NCBI GenBank assembly: GCA_001179505.1
Contig: CDMY01000227.1
Location: 124,001-188,000, forward strand
DNA from: Vitrella brassicaformis CCMP3155
Taxonomy: Eukaryota; Protista; Chromerida
Reading direction: 5' to 3'
DNA: 64,000 nt
Position numbers and translations under genes: made by a program. The notes beneath the pieces are model-generated. The model had not been told where the DNA came from, made no database searches, and saw only the letters and a program-made list of their open reading frames with translations. Positions 38,587 through 52,526 of this stretch are shown piece by piece; positions within the stretch are counted from its first letter, which is position 1, and every line of letters starts with the position of its first letter.

Positions 38587-41500
38587 CTAGTTCCTGAGTG
38601 CGGCTCTGGCCTTGTCCATGACCTCCTTCTTGATGCGCGGGTAGTTCTCGTTGAGCCTGAGCACCTTCTGACACACGCTGATGGCCTCCACGTGACGCTT
38701 CGCCTTCAAGTAGTTGAACGCCAACCTATACCTAACAGCACCCACACAACACAGCACACACACACACACACACACAAATGGACACACACATGGATGGATG
38801 GATGGATCGATGCACCCTCCCCTCCCTCTCTCGTGTGTGTCGTGTGTGTCGTTCCCAGGTACCTACCCGACGGTTGGTGCGTTTTCGTTGGACAGTTCCC
38901 AGGCCTGTTCGTAGTGTGCGGCAGCGTCCTTGAATGCGGCTTCCTTCTCGTAGATGAGCCCCAGCTGCTCGTACGCCTTGCCGCACGACCGGTTGTGGTC
39001 CTTGGCCTTCCTGCACAGATCGGCCGCCCACTCGTGCTTGCCTTGCTGCATCCCATGCCATCCACTCAGCCAAGCCACATTGATCAGGTATGTGAAATGG
39101 GGTGGGTGTGCGTGGCTATGGAGGTAGCTACCTGTATGTGTAGGTCTGCGAGCAGCAGCCAGGCCTTCTCAAACTCCTCGGCAAACTCCGGATTGTACGC
39201 CTGTCGACCGATGCAGTGCAGACAGATGGCAGACAGACATCACAGCACAGATCCCAGGCAGGACGCTCGCACGCTCTGACTGACCTTTTTGGCCAGCTCG
39301 GTGATGCGCTTCAGCTGGTTCCTGGCCTTGTTGTGCTGAGCCCACGCACACACCCAATGCGCACACACACACAGGCACATATGAAGCGAACAGAACAGGT
39401 GTGGTGTGCCCTTCCACTCCACACACCGACCTGCTTTTGCATGATGAGTCCGTTGGACATGGCGAGGAGTGCCGGGACATAGTCGCGGTATCTGTTGTAT
39501 GTGAGCAGCTGCAGCAGCTGCTGAAGGGCGCGCTCGATCTGAGACTTCTGGCGGGTCGCCATCAACACCTCAGCCTATAGAACACACGCACACAGAGAGA
39601 GAGATATAAGAGAGTTAGAATTAGACTGCTGCCGCGCCCGCCCATATACCAACCTGGTATATTTGAATGCGCATGTCCCGTGTGCTCTTGGCGCACTGCT
39701 GCAGCTCCGCCAGAAGACCCTCAACCTCCCTGTCGACACACACACACACAAATACACGCTGCCATGTGATTGTTGGTTGGCTGGCTCACTTGACGGTCTC
39801 TGCATTGACGGCGAGGTCAGCGTTTTCGAGCTGGTCGAGGCCGCCGCCCTCATCGCCCCGCAGGTATATCTCCACCATGTTACGCAGACACTGGACGCAT
39901 ACACATGACCCACGCAGCACAACAGACAGACAGACAGACAGGCAGACAGAAGACATGGGGCACAGAGGCAGGCAGGTAGGCACTCAGTCAGTCACCTCTT
40001 CTCGATAGTCCGGGTCTCTCCTGGCGTAGTTGAACTCCTCCAGCGCCTGCTGCGCCTTGAACGTCCACCGGTAATGAATCCCACGGCAGTAACGCAGCCC
40101 TACACACCCACCCCACCCCACACAGACATCACAGTACACACACGTCCCCCATCCCACCAACAGACAGACAGACACGCACACACCACACGCACCCACCTGG
40201 TTCCTCCTCAGGGTCTTTGGTCGTGGCACAGGCCTTCTCCGCATTAGCGAGGTACTTTGGCGCGTCCTTGAGACGCCCCGCCCGCCGCAGCAGGAACACC
40301 AGCTTGCTCAGAGCGGCGTACTGGTCGGGCTTGCTCTCCAGCAAGCTCTGGTAGTAGAACAGGGCGTCCTTGTACTCCTGCGCCCCGCCGTCTCCCTGGC
40401 GCCCCCCCTGCCCGGCGAGGGTCATCATCAGATCAGCCATCATGACGGAGGCCTCCTCGTTGGCGGGGTCGATGCGCAGGAGGGTCGCGAGCTGCTTCTC
40501 GCCCTGGTCCAGCTCGCCTTTGGAGAAGTGCAGCTTGGCCAGGGCGAGGTAGCACTGGGGGTAGGTGTCGTCATGCTTGAGGGCGTCGTGGTAGTAGCCT
40601 ATGGCCACGTCTAGACGCCTGATCGACGTACGTCCATTCCACAAAAGGACACAGACACACACAGAGACATGGACGTGTCTCGATGAGTGAGTGGGAGGGT
40701 GGGGTGCTGTGCTGCGGTGTGGCGGACATTCAGACCTGTCTCTCTCTCTGAAGTACTCGCCCAGCTGGAAGTTGATGTGTGCCGCCTCCGTCTTGAGCGC
40801 CCTGGTCGTCTCCTCGTCCACACTCGGCACACTAACCGACAAGCACCGACAACACAATGCCCTCCCCCATCGGCCTACACCCACACCCACTTGGCGAGGG
40901 CCTGGCCGATCTGCTCCCTGGCCTCCTGCAGCGCGTGCACGGCAGCGGGGACGGCGGCGTTGGGCTGCGGGGCGTCTCCCGTGGGGCTCTGTTGGGTGGC
41001 GCCGGGTGCGAGTGCGTCGGCCTTGGCCTGATGGACCTTGGACAGGTGCATCAGTGTCTGGATGTGGCTGCGCTGTGCCTGCAGGCTGGCGGGGGACGAC
41101 TTGCCCTCCTCGGCAGCTGACAAGTCAACACACACGACACGACAAGCATGAACCATGGAGGCGCCTCGCCTGATGTGCGCCGTACCTTTGGTACGTGCCG
41201 TCTGAAGCTCAGTGACCGCGGGATCCCACCTTAGAGAAAAACCATGGATGCATGGATGGAGCCAATCCCGAGTCTCGCTCTCACTTCTTGAGTTTGAGGT
41301 AGAAGCTGGCGAGGTCGTTGCGGAGCTCTGTGCGTGAGGGGTCCCGCTGCAGGGCATCCTTGTAGTACTTGACGGCACGGTCGTAGTCGTGCGTCTGCAC
41401 CAGAGCGTTGCCAATCCGCTTGATCAGCGTCGTGTCCGAGGGGCTCTTCTCTAGCGCCTGCTGAAACGCCGTAATGGCGTCACTGGGCTCCTGCAGACAC

Positions 41501-44500
41501 ACAGACACACAGACACACAGGGGGCGTCATGGTGTGTGTGGGAGGAGGGAGGAGGGGGGCTGGGAGGAGTGCGTGCCTGTATGGCCATGAGGGCCTCTCC
41601 GAGTGCGAGGTAGTTGGCGAGTGTGGGCTGGTGTTTGATGAGGTCAGTGTAGCACCGCACGTACTGGCGCTTATCCTTCCGGTGCTTCAGGTAGATGCTC
41701 CCCATTGCCATCTGCACACTCGCCACACACACACATACACACAGAGGGACAACGAACGTAGCCCAGCCGCCATTGCGTGCCTCCTTCCTTCCATCTCACC
41801 TTGGCAGTGGCGAAGTGGGGGCTGGTGGGCTGCATGGCCTTGAGCATGTTTAGGGCCTGGTCCACCTCGCCCCTCTTCACAGCCAACTCAGCATTCGTCA
41901 CCAATATCCTATATCCGCAGCCACACAGACACTCTCTCCCATATATCCCATGGATCCCACCGCACCGCCTCTCAGTGCAGTGCCACCTCACCGCCCTCAC
42001 CTGACTTCCTCAGGGGTGCCTGCAAACTCTGCGATGGCGTCCTGGATGACCCTGTTGGCGTCGGCCACCCTGTCGGCCTTTGTGAGCAGCTCGGCCAGCA
42101 TCACAAAGATGGTCCCACGGTCAGCCGTGCTCAGCGGGATGTTGGTGCTGCTGCCGCCGGTGCGTGTGTGTCCTTGGCCAGAAGTGGGGGCGGCACCAAC
42201 TGCACGGACAGACAGATGGGACAGATGATGGAGATGTGATGACGTGTGTAGGTACGTGCCTGTCTTGATGCCCGGGAGCTGCATGGCCTCCTCGAGAATG
42301 CGGATGGCCTGCTCGTCGTCACCGGCGGACGAATGCACCTACATGACATCACACCACATGACATGACGACACACAGCTTGGCTTGCTGGCGGACGACAGA
42401 CAGACAGACGTGTGGCTGGGCTGCATCGGGAGGGTCAATCAATCGCCTAGGTGGGCCCACCTACCTGTGCTTTGAGCAAGTGGAAGATGGGCTGCTGTCT
42501 GACGGTGAAGTCGTGGGAGAGACCTTTCTCCAAATACTGCAGGGCCAACGTGGGCTGGTCCTGCTGGTGATACAGCCTGCATTGCATCCACACGACACAC
42601 ACACGAGACGACCGCACACCTCTCTCTATCTCTCTCTCTCTCTCTCTCCCCCTCTCCCTCGCTTTGCTCACTTGGCCAGAAGGAGGTAGCCGTCAGCGTT
42701 GGCGGCGTCGAGCTTCAAACACTGCAGCAATATCCGCTGCGCAGCGTCGTTATCCTTCAATGCGATCCTCGCCTTCGCCAAGAGTATCTGTGCGACACCC
42801 ACACCCACCCCAAACCGTGTCGAGAGACATATAGCCTGCCTCTATGCCTCTCCCGGCCCACCTGAGCTGGAATGAGCCCCGGCACAAATCTGGTGAGCGT
42901 CTCCAGGACTTTGATGCCCCTCGACAGGCTCTGCGATGGCTTCTCCCCTCCCGCACCAGGGGCAGCGGTCTGCTGCTGCTGCTGTGGGACGGTGGACGCG
43001 GCAGTGGCAGTGGCTGTCTGCTGCAGGTACTCCCTGGCTATCTCGAGCATAAAGTCGGCATTCAGCTTGATGAAGAACTCGTACCCACTCGCAGCTGACA
43101 TCCGCAATGAACGGCGTGTGTGAGTGTGTGTGTGTGTGTGTTGGGGCGGGTTGCCGATATGGTGCCTGTCTACCTCTGAAAGTGGTGATGTGCAGGGTGA
43201 GTGCGTCGTTGAGGTGCTTGACGGCCGCCTCGCTGTCGTGCCGCTTGCGCCAGGCGATCAACGCCGTCATCAAGGCCAACTCTGCCGACTTGCAAACACT
43301 ACCCTGGTTGATTTGATGCAGCAGGGGCCATGCGGATGGAGCGAGGAGGGTCGATGCGCGCGCGTGTGTGTGTGTGTGTGTGTACCTGTATCTCGTGCAG
43401 GAAGTCCAGCTGTTCCTCAGCCTCCGTGAGGTTGCCCTCCTCGATGCGGCAGTGGAGGATGCCCAGCAGCGGACGGACGTCGGAGTTGTCCTTCTCTATC
43501 GCTTGCTACATGATTGATTTAAGAAACGTCCTCACACACACACACACACACACACAAACAAGAGCTTCTGCTGCCTGTCTGTCAGTGTGTATGCCGGTGT
43601 GTGCATGTCTGTCTGTCTTTACGTGGTATGCCTGTGCGGCGTCGTTGATCTGTCCCATGAGCAGCTGTTGGTACCCCAGCTCCGTCAGATACACCGACGT
43701 CACGCGCCCACCCAACATCTCCATCGCACGACGCAGCTGCGGTGGCCACCGCACACACACACACACACAGACATACGGATGCGCTGCTGCACTAAATGGC
43801 GCGCTGGCTGGCTGGCCATCCAGGCCCCCGACCTCCCACCATGCTGACAGTGACGTTGATGATGGATCTGTCCCTGCACGCGAGGCGCGCGAAGAGCTGC
43901 GAGCACGACAGCCACAGGGCGGGGTTCCGCGGCTCCTGTGTCTGCAGACACTGCATAACATAACGAAGAGACAGACAGACAGAGGCAGAGGAGGGAGGGA
44001 TGGTGTGTGTGATGGTGTGTAGTGGTGTGTGTGTGTGGTGTGTGTGTGCATGCATCTATCTACCTGCACGAGCTGCTGGAGCTGCTGTGCAGCGGTGGAC
44101 TTGCGCGCCTCGACAGCCAGCGAATAGAGGATCGACAGACGCAACGTCTGGACAGCAACGCCAAGCCACGACCAGTTCATTCGGTTCATTCGGTAAACAA
44201 GTGATGATTGATCTTCTTCTTCTTCCGTTCACCCACCTCGATGTTGTCAGCCTCTAGCTGCGTGATGCGCTGGGCCGTCTCCATCGCCTGTTCCCTGACA
44301 GCACAGGAAACACACACACACACACAGCCAGCCCTGGTGGGATGGGATGTGGACACACACATGCCGGCCCGGCCGCACGTACCAGTCTGCTGTTTGCATG
44401 AGGACTTTGGCCTTCTCGATCAGGCCGGGGACGAACCTGAGATGCAAGCAGAAAGCATGGCTGGTGATTTATATATTCCTGGTACAGCACACCCCGCTCA

Positions 44501-45984
44501 CCACTCGAACTGCACCACGACCTCGTTGACGAGATCCAACGCCTGTTTAAACAGAAATCAGTTATATGCATGACGTGGTGGTAAGTAGCTGCGCGCTGTG
44601 TGCTTTGCTTTGCTTCCGTTCCTCTCCCTCCCTCCCTCCCTCCCTCTGACCTGCTGCCACTGCCTCTTTGCCTCTGCCACCTTGACGCGACCCATCAAGG
44701 CATCCACGTTCTGTAGCAAGCAATACACACACAACAAACAAGTCAGTCGATCCGTTCGCCATTTGACGAATGATGACCGACCGACCGACCGACCTGTTTG
44801 CCACCCTCGTGCGCGGCTGCGGCATTGAAGGCCGCCTCGCACTTCTCTATCACCGGACCCACGGTTTTCGACTGCACGCATTAACGGCGCATAGAGAGAA
44901 AGGGATTGTTTGCTGTGAGTTGTGGCCTACTTACCGAGCTGAAGCCTCCCTGGCTCTTGCCCGCGAGATACTCCACCCAGCCCTGCCAGCCATAACAGAG
45001 AAAGCCACACATGTCTGTCCGTCCGTATGGATGGTTCTCATTGGTGCCCGCCCCTGACTGACCTTGGTGGCGTGCGCTACAGAGGTGGGGACGGAATCGA
45101 GCACCCGCTGCACGTATTGGCGCGCATCACCGAATTGCTGACACACCGAGGGGTGGAGGGATACACACATAACACATAACACACCATACAGCACACGCGA
45201 AGGGTTCCTTCCTTTCTCCATCCATCCATTCGCCCCCCCTACCTCAGTGTAGGCATTGAAGAGTGCCGCCATGAGCAGGGCCTGCACGCGGACACAAACA
45301 AGGTGGGTGGCAACTCAGTGGAACCATGCATGCCGAGAGGTTCTCGTGCGCGTGTCCAGGTGTGTGTGAGTGGCACGGCACCCACATGGTCAGTGGCCGA
45401 GCCGACTTCTCTCTTCATCGCCGCCTTGAGCGACTCAACCGCATCCTTATGGACAGACAGACGGACAGACAGACAGACAGACAGGCACGTGTCGGCCCGC
45501 TCAGCTCAATGACAGCCTATCCATTTTCGCTGACCCTGTCAACTTTTTGCGCCTGTTTGTGGTAGTAGAGGAGTGCCGCCGTGGCCGGCAGCGCCACCTC
45601 CCGCCGGTGCACTATCACGTCACACTCACGCAGCGCCTCATTCACCGAACCTGCCATGCACGACACACACACACAAAATGCCATCTGTACGTGTGTTGTG
45701 TTATGTGTGCTTCGGTGCGTCATGCATGCCGTTCCCTGACCCTCTTTGGCCATCCCCAGCGCCCGCCAAAAGATGAAAGAGGCCTCATCGCGGGTGCCCT
45801 GGGACAGCTCCTAACCAGCAAGAAGGACAAAGAGGGAAACGACCAGCGAACAGACTTTGTTTTGACGGATCTGCGCGGCGCATCGCCTCTTTGTGGTTGT
45901 CACCTCGTTGCAGACCTCCTGGATCTTTCGCCAGTAGCCCTCCCGCGCGAAGTAGTGCAGCATGCACTCCGCCTGACCGGACAT
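38587..45984 (-). CDS. TTC21B: IFT139/TTC21B, intraflagellar transport complex A TPR protein, many exons
   Basis: N-terminus MSGQAECMLHYFAREGYWRKIQ...DPFLTFWRAYG. TPR-rich body. C-terminus YRLAFNYLKAKRHVEAISVCQKVLRLNENYPRIKKEVMDKARAALRN* matches the TTC21B/IFT139 terminus. Confidence 0.93.
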
Positions 45985-46149
45985 GACGCTATGCGATGGA
46001 CATTCGTCAGATCTCTATGGACGCCATCAGATGCACCACTACCTCAACACAACCGCGACATCAAGGGGAGTGATCCGCCAATTCACCGCGTGGGGGCTGG
46101 CCCCCCGTCTCCCCGGCGTCTCGGCAGTGTGGGCAGTTTGTGCCTCCCC

Positions 46150-47683
46150 ATGGCAGACAGTTCTGTTGATGCGGCCGTGTGCAAGGCAGGTGGTGAGCCC
46201 GAGCCGGAGGTGCCCGCGCGAGAAACAGAGGCCCCACCTGCTGAGCCTCCACAAAAGGCATCCGATGATGACAGCCATGCTCCAGGTCCGCCACTAGCTG
46301 TGACGCCCATCCATGTCATATCATGACATTCGCTCTGTCTGTGTCATGCAGTTTCCGCCTCTTCAGATGGGATTGCTCCCGACGTGAGCAGCTCCTCAGC
46401 AGCAGGTCTCCTTCGGGAGGCCGACGACATCATTGATTCGCTCAAGCAGTGGCGCGAGGACACACACAAGCGGCTGGAGGAGCAGCTGAGGTCAATCCAG
46501 AACGACCACGTGCCCGACGGCGTGCCGCTGGCCGGGCCCCCCGAGTCGAATGCAGCTGCCGAGGAGGAAGAGCTCGACGTCTGGCTGGAGGAGCAGCAGC
46601 AGCAGCTGGCCGAGGTGTCTGAGAGAAGACAGCACATACAGGACCAGCTGCACGCCATCAGGGTACCCAACACAAGGAAACAACGCAGAATAGCCATCAT
46701 TTCGTGTGTATGTAATGGTGGTCTCATTATAGGCTGAGGGCGACAGCGGTCGTCTGCAGCAGAGTTTGGAGGAGTTTTTGAAGCGGTTGCGGGCGAGCCA
46801 GGTGCTGCTGGAAGAGCAGTCCAGCGAGAGCAATGCCAGGCTCAGCGCACTCCGTCGTGAGATAGAGGAAATGAGGATCAGGGCGGGAGGTGAGTGAGCC
46901 AAGGACCAATGCACCGATGGTTCCTTTGGTCTCCCTGGTGGCCTGGCTTGTATTGTATGCATGCTGGCAGAGACGTTGAATGACGCGGCTTCCATCACGG
47001 CTCCCTCGCAGCCGGTGGAGGACTCTGCTGCAGTGGACGCGAGCGCCACTTTGCAAGAGATGCTCGACAAGGTGAGAAGGCGACGAGTGGCGTCCGTCTC
47101 TGTGTGCTCCCCCCCGGCTGTACGTGATCTCTGCGTGCAGTGGACCGAGGAGCTGGAGGGCATTTTGGCGCAGGATGGCCCGCTGGCTTCTCTTGTCGAC
47201 GGAGAGGAGACGGACAGATACCTGCCGTCCTTTGCCCGCCCCCCATTGCCGTGCGCCTCCAGCGAGTCGCCCCCTCGCATTCTCACCCGGGCGCAGAGAG
47301 ACATGGCGGAAAACGCCCCAAGCGCCACAGCAGATGAGGTCAGTCAGCAGCCGCTGGGAAAGAAACAGGCACCAAGGTTGGTTGGCTCCCCGTGTGTGGT
47401 GCAGCTTCCTGCAGAAATGGTTCCCTCAGCCGACGAGCTGGACAGCACGGCCTTCCGCGGCCAGATCGAGGAGCTCGAGCACATGATGGACGAGCTGCTC
47501 GAGGAGTGCGACGAGGTGGAGAGACTCATCACCGAGGCGCTTCCGGAAGGGCATGGCCACGAGGATGCTCTGGCACCCCCTGGTGGTCAGGGGCAGGAGC
47601 CGGAGTCGAGTCCGGAGGCGGAACCCTCTTGCGGGAGGTCATCCTCGACGCTGGGCGCGTCGCGGGCCGAATCGACCAATTGA
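46150..47683 (+). CDS. Hypothetical acidic coiled-coil protein, multi-exon
   Basis: ATG 46150 (MADSSVDAAVCK...). E/Q/L-rich heptad-like exons (LREADDIIDSLKQWRE..., QIEELEHMMDELLEECDEVERLI) with plausible GT-AG boundaries. Stop at 47683. Confidence 0.6.
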
Positions 47684-48032
47684 CGGAATGGGATGGGATG
47701 GGACACTTAGTCAGTGCATGTCTGCCCATGTGTGGGTGTACGGAGGGCCGGGGCGGGGGATGCACAGTGGCGCTTATGGGATGGTGTGGTTTCTGCGTGA
47801 GTGACTGGTGACAGACAGACTCATGGACTCATGGGATCAATGAGTGAGAGAGATTGGAAGAAGTGCTTCGTTCAGTCAGGGCGAGAATGCACCACCACTA
47901 AGTCCAAATTGAGCCAATCGTATAGAACCGTACCCTGTGTCCCCATCAGACGACCCTTCTGCAGTGAAAGCACAAGAAAACTTCCCCTCCTCCCCCCGGG
48001 TGGAGCGTCCCCTCCCTCCCTCCCTTCCACCC

Positions 48033-49188
48033 TCACGCGTGTATCGTCCCCCCATCGAGCACATCACTCAGCAGCCCGTACCGACCCAACACACGCCTCG
48101 CATGTCGCATCGTCTCGGGGTACTTGTCCAGCCCCGACGCACCGCCCCCCACCGCCGTCTCCGTCGTGTAAAGCCACAAAAACCCGTTGCTGAGTCGCAG
48201 GTAGGCCGCAAACGAGTCACCCTCCTTGTACCCACTCATTAGGATGATGCACTGCTCCCGGGGGTTGGCCGCGTTGAGGTCCCGCCGGTCCTCGCGCCAG
48301 CTGATGACGAAACAGTCATCGTCATTTGCCGTCTGTGTGAGCAGCGACCGGTATTTGGGGTTGTCTTCACCGACTCGCGCGTCGAGCAGCCGCTCCTGCC
48401 GCACCAGGCTGTACCAGAGGCTGAAGACGCACTGGGTGAGCAGGTTGGTGAAGGTCGGGTGCAGACAGGAGCCGTCGCGCACAACGGGATCGGTCGCACG
48501 GTAGGCCTGATGGTAGGGGTGGTTGGCCGGCAGATCCTGCTCTGAGACGACGACAAACTGGAGGTCATGAGCCACCCACACAGGGGCCTGCTGCTGAGGC
48601 ACACACACACACAGCGGCACCCCATGAGCAACGATGGCCGCATCTCTGTGTGCAATCCTTCACCGGTCCAGCAGCAGCGGCAGCAGCTCCCTGGCCCGCA
48701 CCTGCAGCCTGCTGCGCCAGCTGCATGTTCCTATCCTCGAAGCTCATGAGGTGCCCGATGGTCTTATAGACGGCCATCGACAGCGGCACCTCGTGAAACG
48801 ACGCCTTGGTGGGCAGGTTGTCCCGCAGCCATTGAGCCGGCAGCATCAGCGGCAGCCCGCCCTGCTCAATCACGTGGTAGATGGCGGCAAGCCGGATGAA
48901 GATGGCAATCTTGGGCCACTCCCCAGTCGACGCGCCTTGCTCGAGCACATAGGCCGCCCGCAGCACGTAGCCGAACGATACGGGGGCCGTGCGGTCGATG
49001 TCGATGAGGCCGATGACCCCGTGGCGGGCCATGAGGCTGTCGAGCCGTGTGAGGAGCACATCCGCTGTGATGACGCTGGCCCCGTCTGAGCGAGAGGTCG
49101 ATCGCACGTTGACGAGGTCACAGACCGAGAGCAGGAAGCTGAGCAGCACCCTGTCGCGCCAGAGCTCCAAGGGCAGTGAATACGGCAT
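48033..49188 (-). CDS. Lineage-specific expanded-family protein with N-terminal F-box-like motif, 2 coding exons
   Basis: MPYSLPLELWRDRVLLSFLLSVCDLVNVRSTS. Intron 48663-48594 joins the two frames. Probable 5'-UTR intron ~49291-49212. Confidence 0.7.
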
Positions 49189-49395
49189 CTTTGCGGCAGG
49201 CAATCAATGACCTGAGAAAGTGGAGAAAACAGCAAGAATGTATTCATGAATCGAATCCATGTGGCAATGACATACTGACTGCCATCCTCACCTTCGTTTA
49301 AGGGAGTTCGGTGTTGAGGAAGCGATGTGTCGGCCCGCATATGGATAACCTCGGCTATAGCCTGATTGGTTTCTCAACATTCGGCCTTTTTTGAA

Positions 49396-50007
49396 ATGGC
49401 GAGCTGTCTGGCGATCTTTCAGTGTTCGTTCGTTGAACTCAGTGTGCTGTTGGCATTGAGCATTGCCCCTGCTCCAATGGAGCTCGAGATCTATCGTTTT
49501 CAGCCCATCCCACCTTCACTGCTCTCGTTCGCTCCCCTTCTACCCCAGACTCCTCGTCGCCCCGGCTGTGCATCGGCAGCAGAGAGCCGCCCACATGATG
49601 AGGATGCATCCCGACATGCAGATCCTCTGCAGCTGTCCTTGACCGACGGCCGGCTGTCGTTCGTTCCAGCGCGGCATGTGCCCACCCCACCACGGCAACG
49701 CCGGACAGTGTGGATATCGCGGCTGCAGGGCAAGAAGTACACCAAGAGCAACCTGCCGTCCAAGATCTGCGTCGTGTGCGAGCGGCCCTTCGAGTGGCGG
49801 AAGAAGTGGGAACGGTGCTGGGACGAGGTAGGTGAGGGGAGGCAAGCAGCACACGAGGGAGAGGAGGTCCCATGGATGGATGCACTCAACTTGTCGTGTG
49901 GTTGTGTGTGTGTCGCGTGTTGTTGTGTGCAGGTCAAGTACTGCTCTGAGCGCTGTCGCCGCGTGGCCAAACGGAGGGGGGCCAAGGCAGCCGAAGATGG
50001 CAAATGA
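49396..50007 (+). CDS. DUF2256-family small Cys-rich protein with long N-terminal (signal+transit-like) leader
   Basis: KSNLPSKICVVCERPFEWRKKWERCWDE|VKYCSERCRR across intron 49828-49932. This is the DUF2256 signature. Confidence 0.85.
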   Translation: MASCLAIFQCSFVELSVLLALSIAPAPMELEIYRFQPIPPSLLSFAPLLPQTPRRPGCASAAESRPHDEDASRHADPLQLSLTDGRLSFVPARHVPTPPRQRRTVWISRLQGKKYTKSNLPSKICVVCERPFEWRKKWERCWDEVGEGRQAAHEGEEVPWMDALNLSCGCVCVACCCVQVKYCSERCRRVAKRRGAKAAEDGK

Positions 50008-50686
50008 CTGACGAGTGTGGAAGCGGTAGATGGGCTGTGCGGATGCATGGATGTGTCCTCGCAGTGCTGTCGGCCGGCCCACTTTTATTGTGATGTGTTG
50101 CATGCCTTTGTTGCTTTCTTCTTCATCTTTTGTCCGGTGCCGTCACACCCTCAGGTGCAGCCAGCTGCAGCGGGCTGCAGTTGTCGGTGTGGGTGGGCTG
50201 GTCGAAGGATAAGAAGAAACGCAGCAGCACGCACGACGTGACAGACAAAGGATGGTGTGTGTCGATAGAGTCGTATGCTGTGTTTGCCTGGGGGAGCAGA
50301 ACCTGGTGACGTCTCAGGCTGTTGTCGGTGGGTGCAATCTCGGCACGGAGGGTGTTCTTCCTGTAGTGGGCGCTGCGGACGATAGCTTGTCGTGTTGGAC
50401 AATCGCACGGCAGGGTAACGTCAGCGGTGTCCTCTGGGGAAGGACACACACGTGATAGAGATCTCGAAGAGACTCAAATGGATAGATACATCGATGGAAG
50501 CAACTGCCACCTGCTTCTGTCGTCTCGTGCAACTTGACGGTCGGCCTGTGCCGAAGTGCATCATGATGTGCTCAACACTTCCTGCAATGACACCGAGAAG
50601 ATTCCAGCTCGCCTCACACTCAGAGAGAGAGACCCCCAGGCCGCCTAGGGTGCTTCGTGAAACCGCTGCTGCCGAGATCTGGCGCC

Positions 50687-51465
50687 ATGGCGCTGACGTT
50701 TGACGTTGCGGCTCCCTTTCTGCTGTTCACCGTCCTCAATAGCACCCAGAATCTCGTCCTCTCGCTCATCACGGCGCTCACGAGGGTGAAGACCGGCGTG
50801 CTGTTCGGGTGAGTGCGCCACGCCATGCCACGCCCGCCGGGAACAAGGCGCATCCATCGATGTGTGTTGTGTTTCGCTGCTGGTTGTGTGTTTGCAGCAC
50901 TGGGGAAGAGACTGGGGAAGCACTTGCAGGCGGCACCAGCAGAGAAGCCAGCCTGCAGCTCCTGACACGAAGCAGGGCTCATGGCAACCACACAGAGATG
51001 GTCAGCCTCAGCTGACTGACTACAACGACTCACCTGAAACACATGCATGTGATGTCTTCCTGTGCGTTCCTTGTGTGCAGATGACGGTTCACCTTTTCCT
51101 GCTGTTGGGGCTGACCATTGCGGCTGCGGTGGAGGGGCCGACCGTTGGCATCACCAAGGTGGCTCTCTACTCGTATGGGGCGATTTTCTTCACTCTCAAG
51201 ACGATGCATGTCCACGCCCACCTGCAGCCAGACAGCTACAAGGCACCAAACCAACCATTCAGAACGGTACGGTCGCCACACACCACACACACACGCCTCG
51301 AGCACACGCACAGAACGGGTCGATGAGGGGGAGGGGCGGAGAGCGTCACTGTCTGTCTGTTTGTTTGTGTGTGTGCAGATTGGCTATGTCGGGAACTGGC
51401 TCCTGATGGTAGTGATGGCTGGGCACCTTCTGCTGGCCTGGCTCAAGAAGGAGAACATCTTTTAG
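50687..51465 (+). CDS. MAPEG-family membrane protein (microsomal GST / YecN-like), 4 exons
   Basis: Exons 50687-50808, 50898-51000, 51081-51266 and 51379-51465. VLSLITALTRVKTGVLFGTG...RAHGNHTE...TMHVHAHL...PFRTIGYVGNWLL; four hydrophobic segments; RxHxNxxE motif. Confidence 0.72.
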
Positions 51466-52526
51466 GTTAGGAGAGAGGCAGGGAGAGAGGGAGGGAGAGA
51501 GGTGTCGGCCGATAGGGCCGACGGACTGACTCACTTAGTATGATGGATGGATGGATGGATGGATGGATGGATGGACGCACTGAGTGTGGCAGTTTGAGAC
51601 TTTTGACTGTAAGTGGTTTTGTATGTGAGGCTCGCTGATCGGTGAATGGCACGGCACGCTACGGCCGCCATGCGATGGACAGCGCAATCACGGATGCTCT
51701 GCTGGTGTACAATCTTGTGTCTGTTTCTCGAGGGCCTGGCTGTCTGGTTGTGTTGTCCCTCCCTGTCTGTCCTTCGGATGGCCATCCCCCACACGCAGCT
51801 GAGTGCATCTGTCCGTGCGGGTGGGCCGCTTACAGGATGGAGGAGATGAGAGGTGCCTGTCCGCCAGCCATTCCAGTTGTCACACTATCACCCGTGCTGT
51901 TTGTTTCCGTGTGTCATCGCTGACTTGTATATCGTTGGTTGCTGCCGTCTTGGCCGCATCCTTGGGAGCCTTGTTGCCGGCTGCGTATTCGCTGGGCGGC
52001 AGCACCGCACCCAAGGATGCAGCCGAGAGGGCAGGGGCCTACACCAAACACTGACTGTGTGGAAACAAGAAGGCCCTTAATCATTTTCCCAGCATGTCTA
52101 CCTTGCTTTATCCACGTTTGTTGGTCGTTGGCTCTCTTCGTCTGTTGGTCTGTGATGCCGTTTGTCGGTCGTCAGGATGGGAGCTGGCACAAGGGCGGTG
52201 TGAGTGAGTGCTCTCACTGCAGCTTGTCTCCATCTTCTTCTTGATGGCCGACACGGCAGGCCTGCAGACAAGGCGTACGATGCAATCAACTGGGTTTGGA
52301 CAGAGTGGCTGGCTGCACTGCATTCATTCAACAGCTCATTCGGAAGAAATTAATGGCTCATCAGGCCATCCCTTCGCAGGCACATACATGTATGTGTCTG
52401 TGCATGAACCGTCTCACTCACTCCAGAACACAACTAAATGCCACCCCACCCCACCTACCCACCCGCCCACCGATCCACCCGCCCGCCCCATCAATCACAC
52501 CATTCATTCCCCTCATGGCTGTCTAT

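Noticed and set aside
50123-50560. Possible small - strand gene between DUF2256 and MAPEG
   Set aside because: The spliced product is short and low-complexity, with no recognisable motif.
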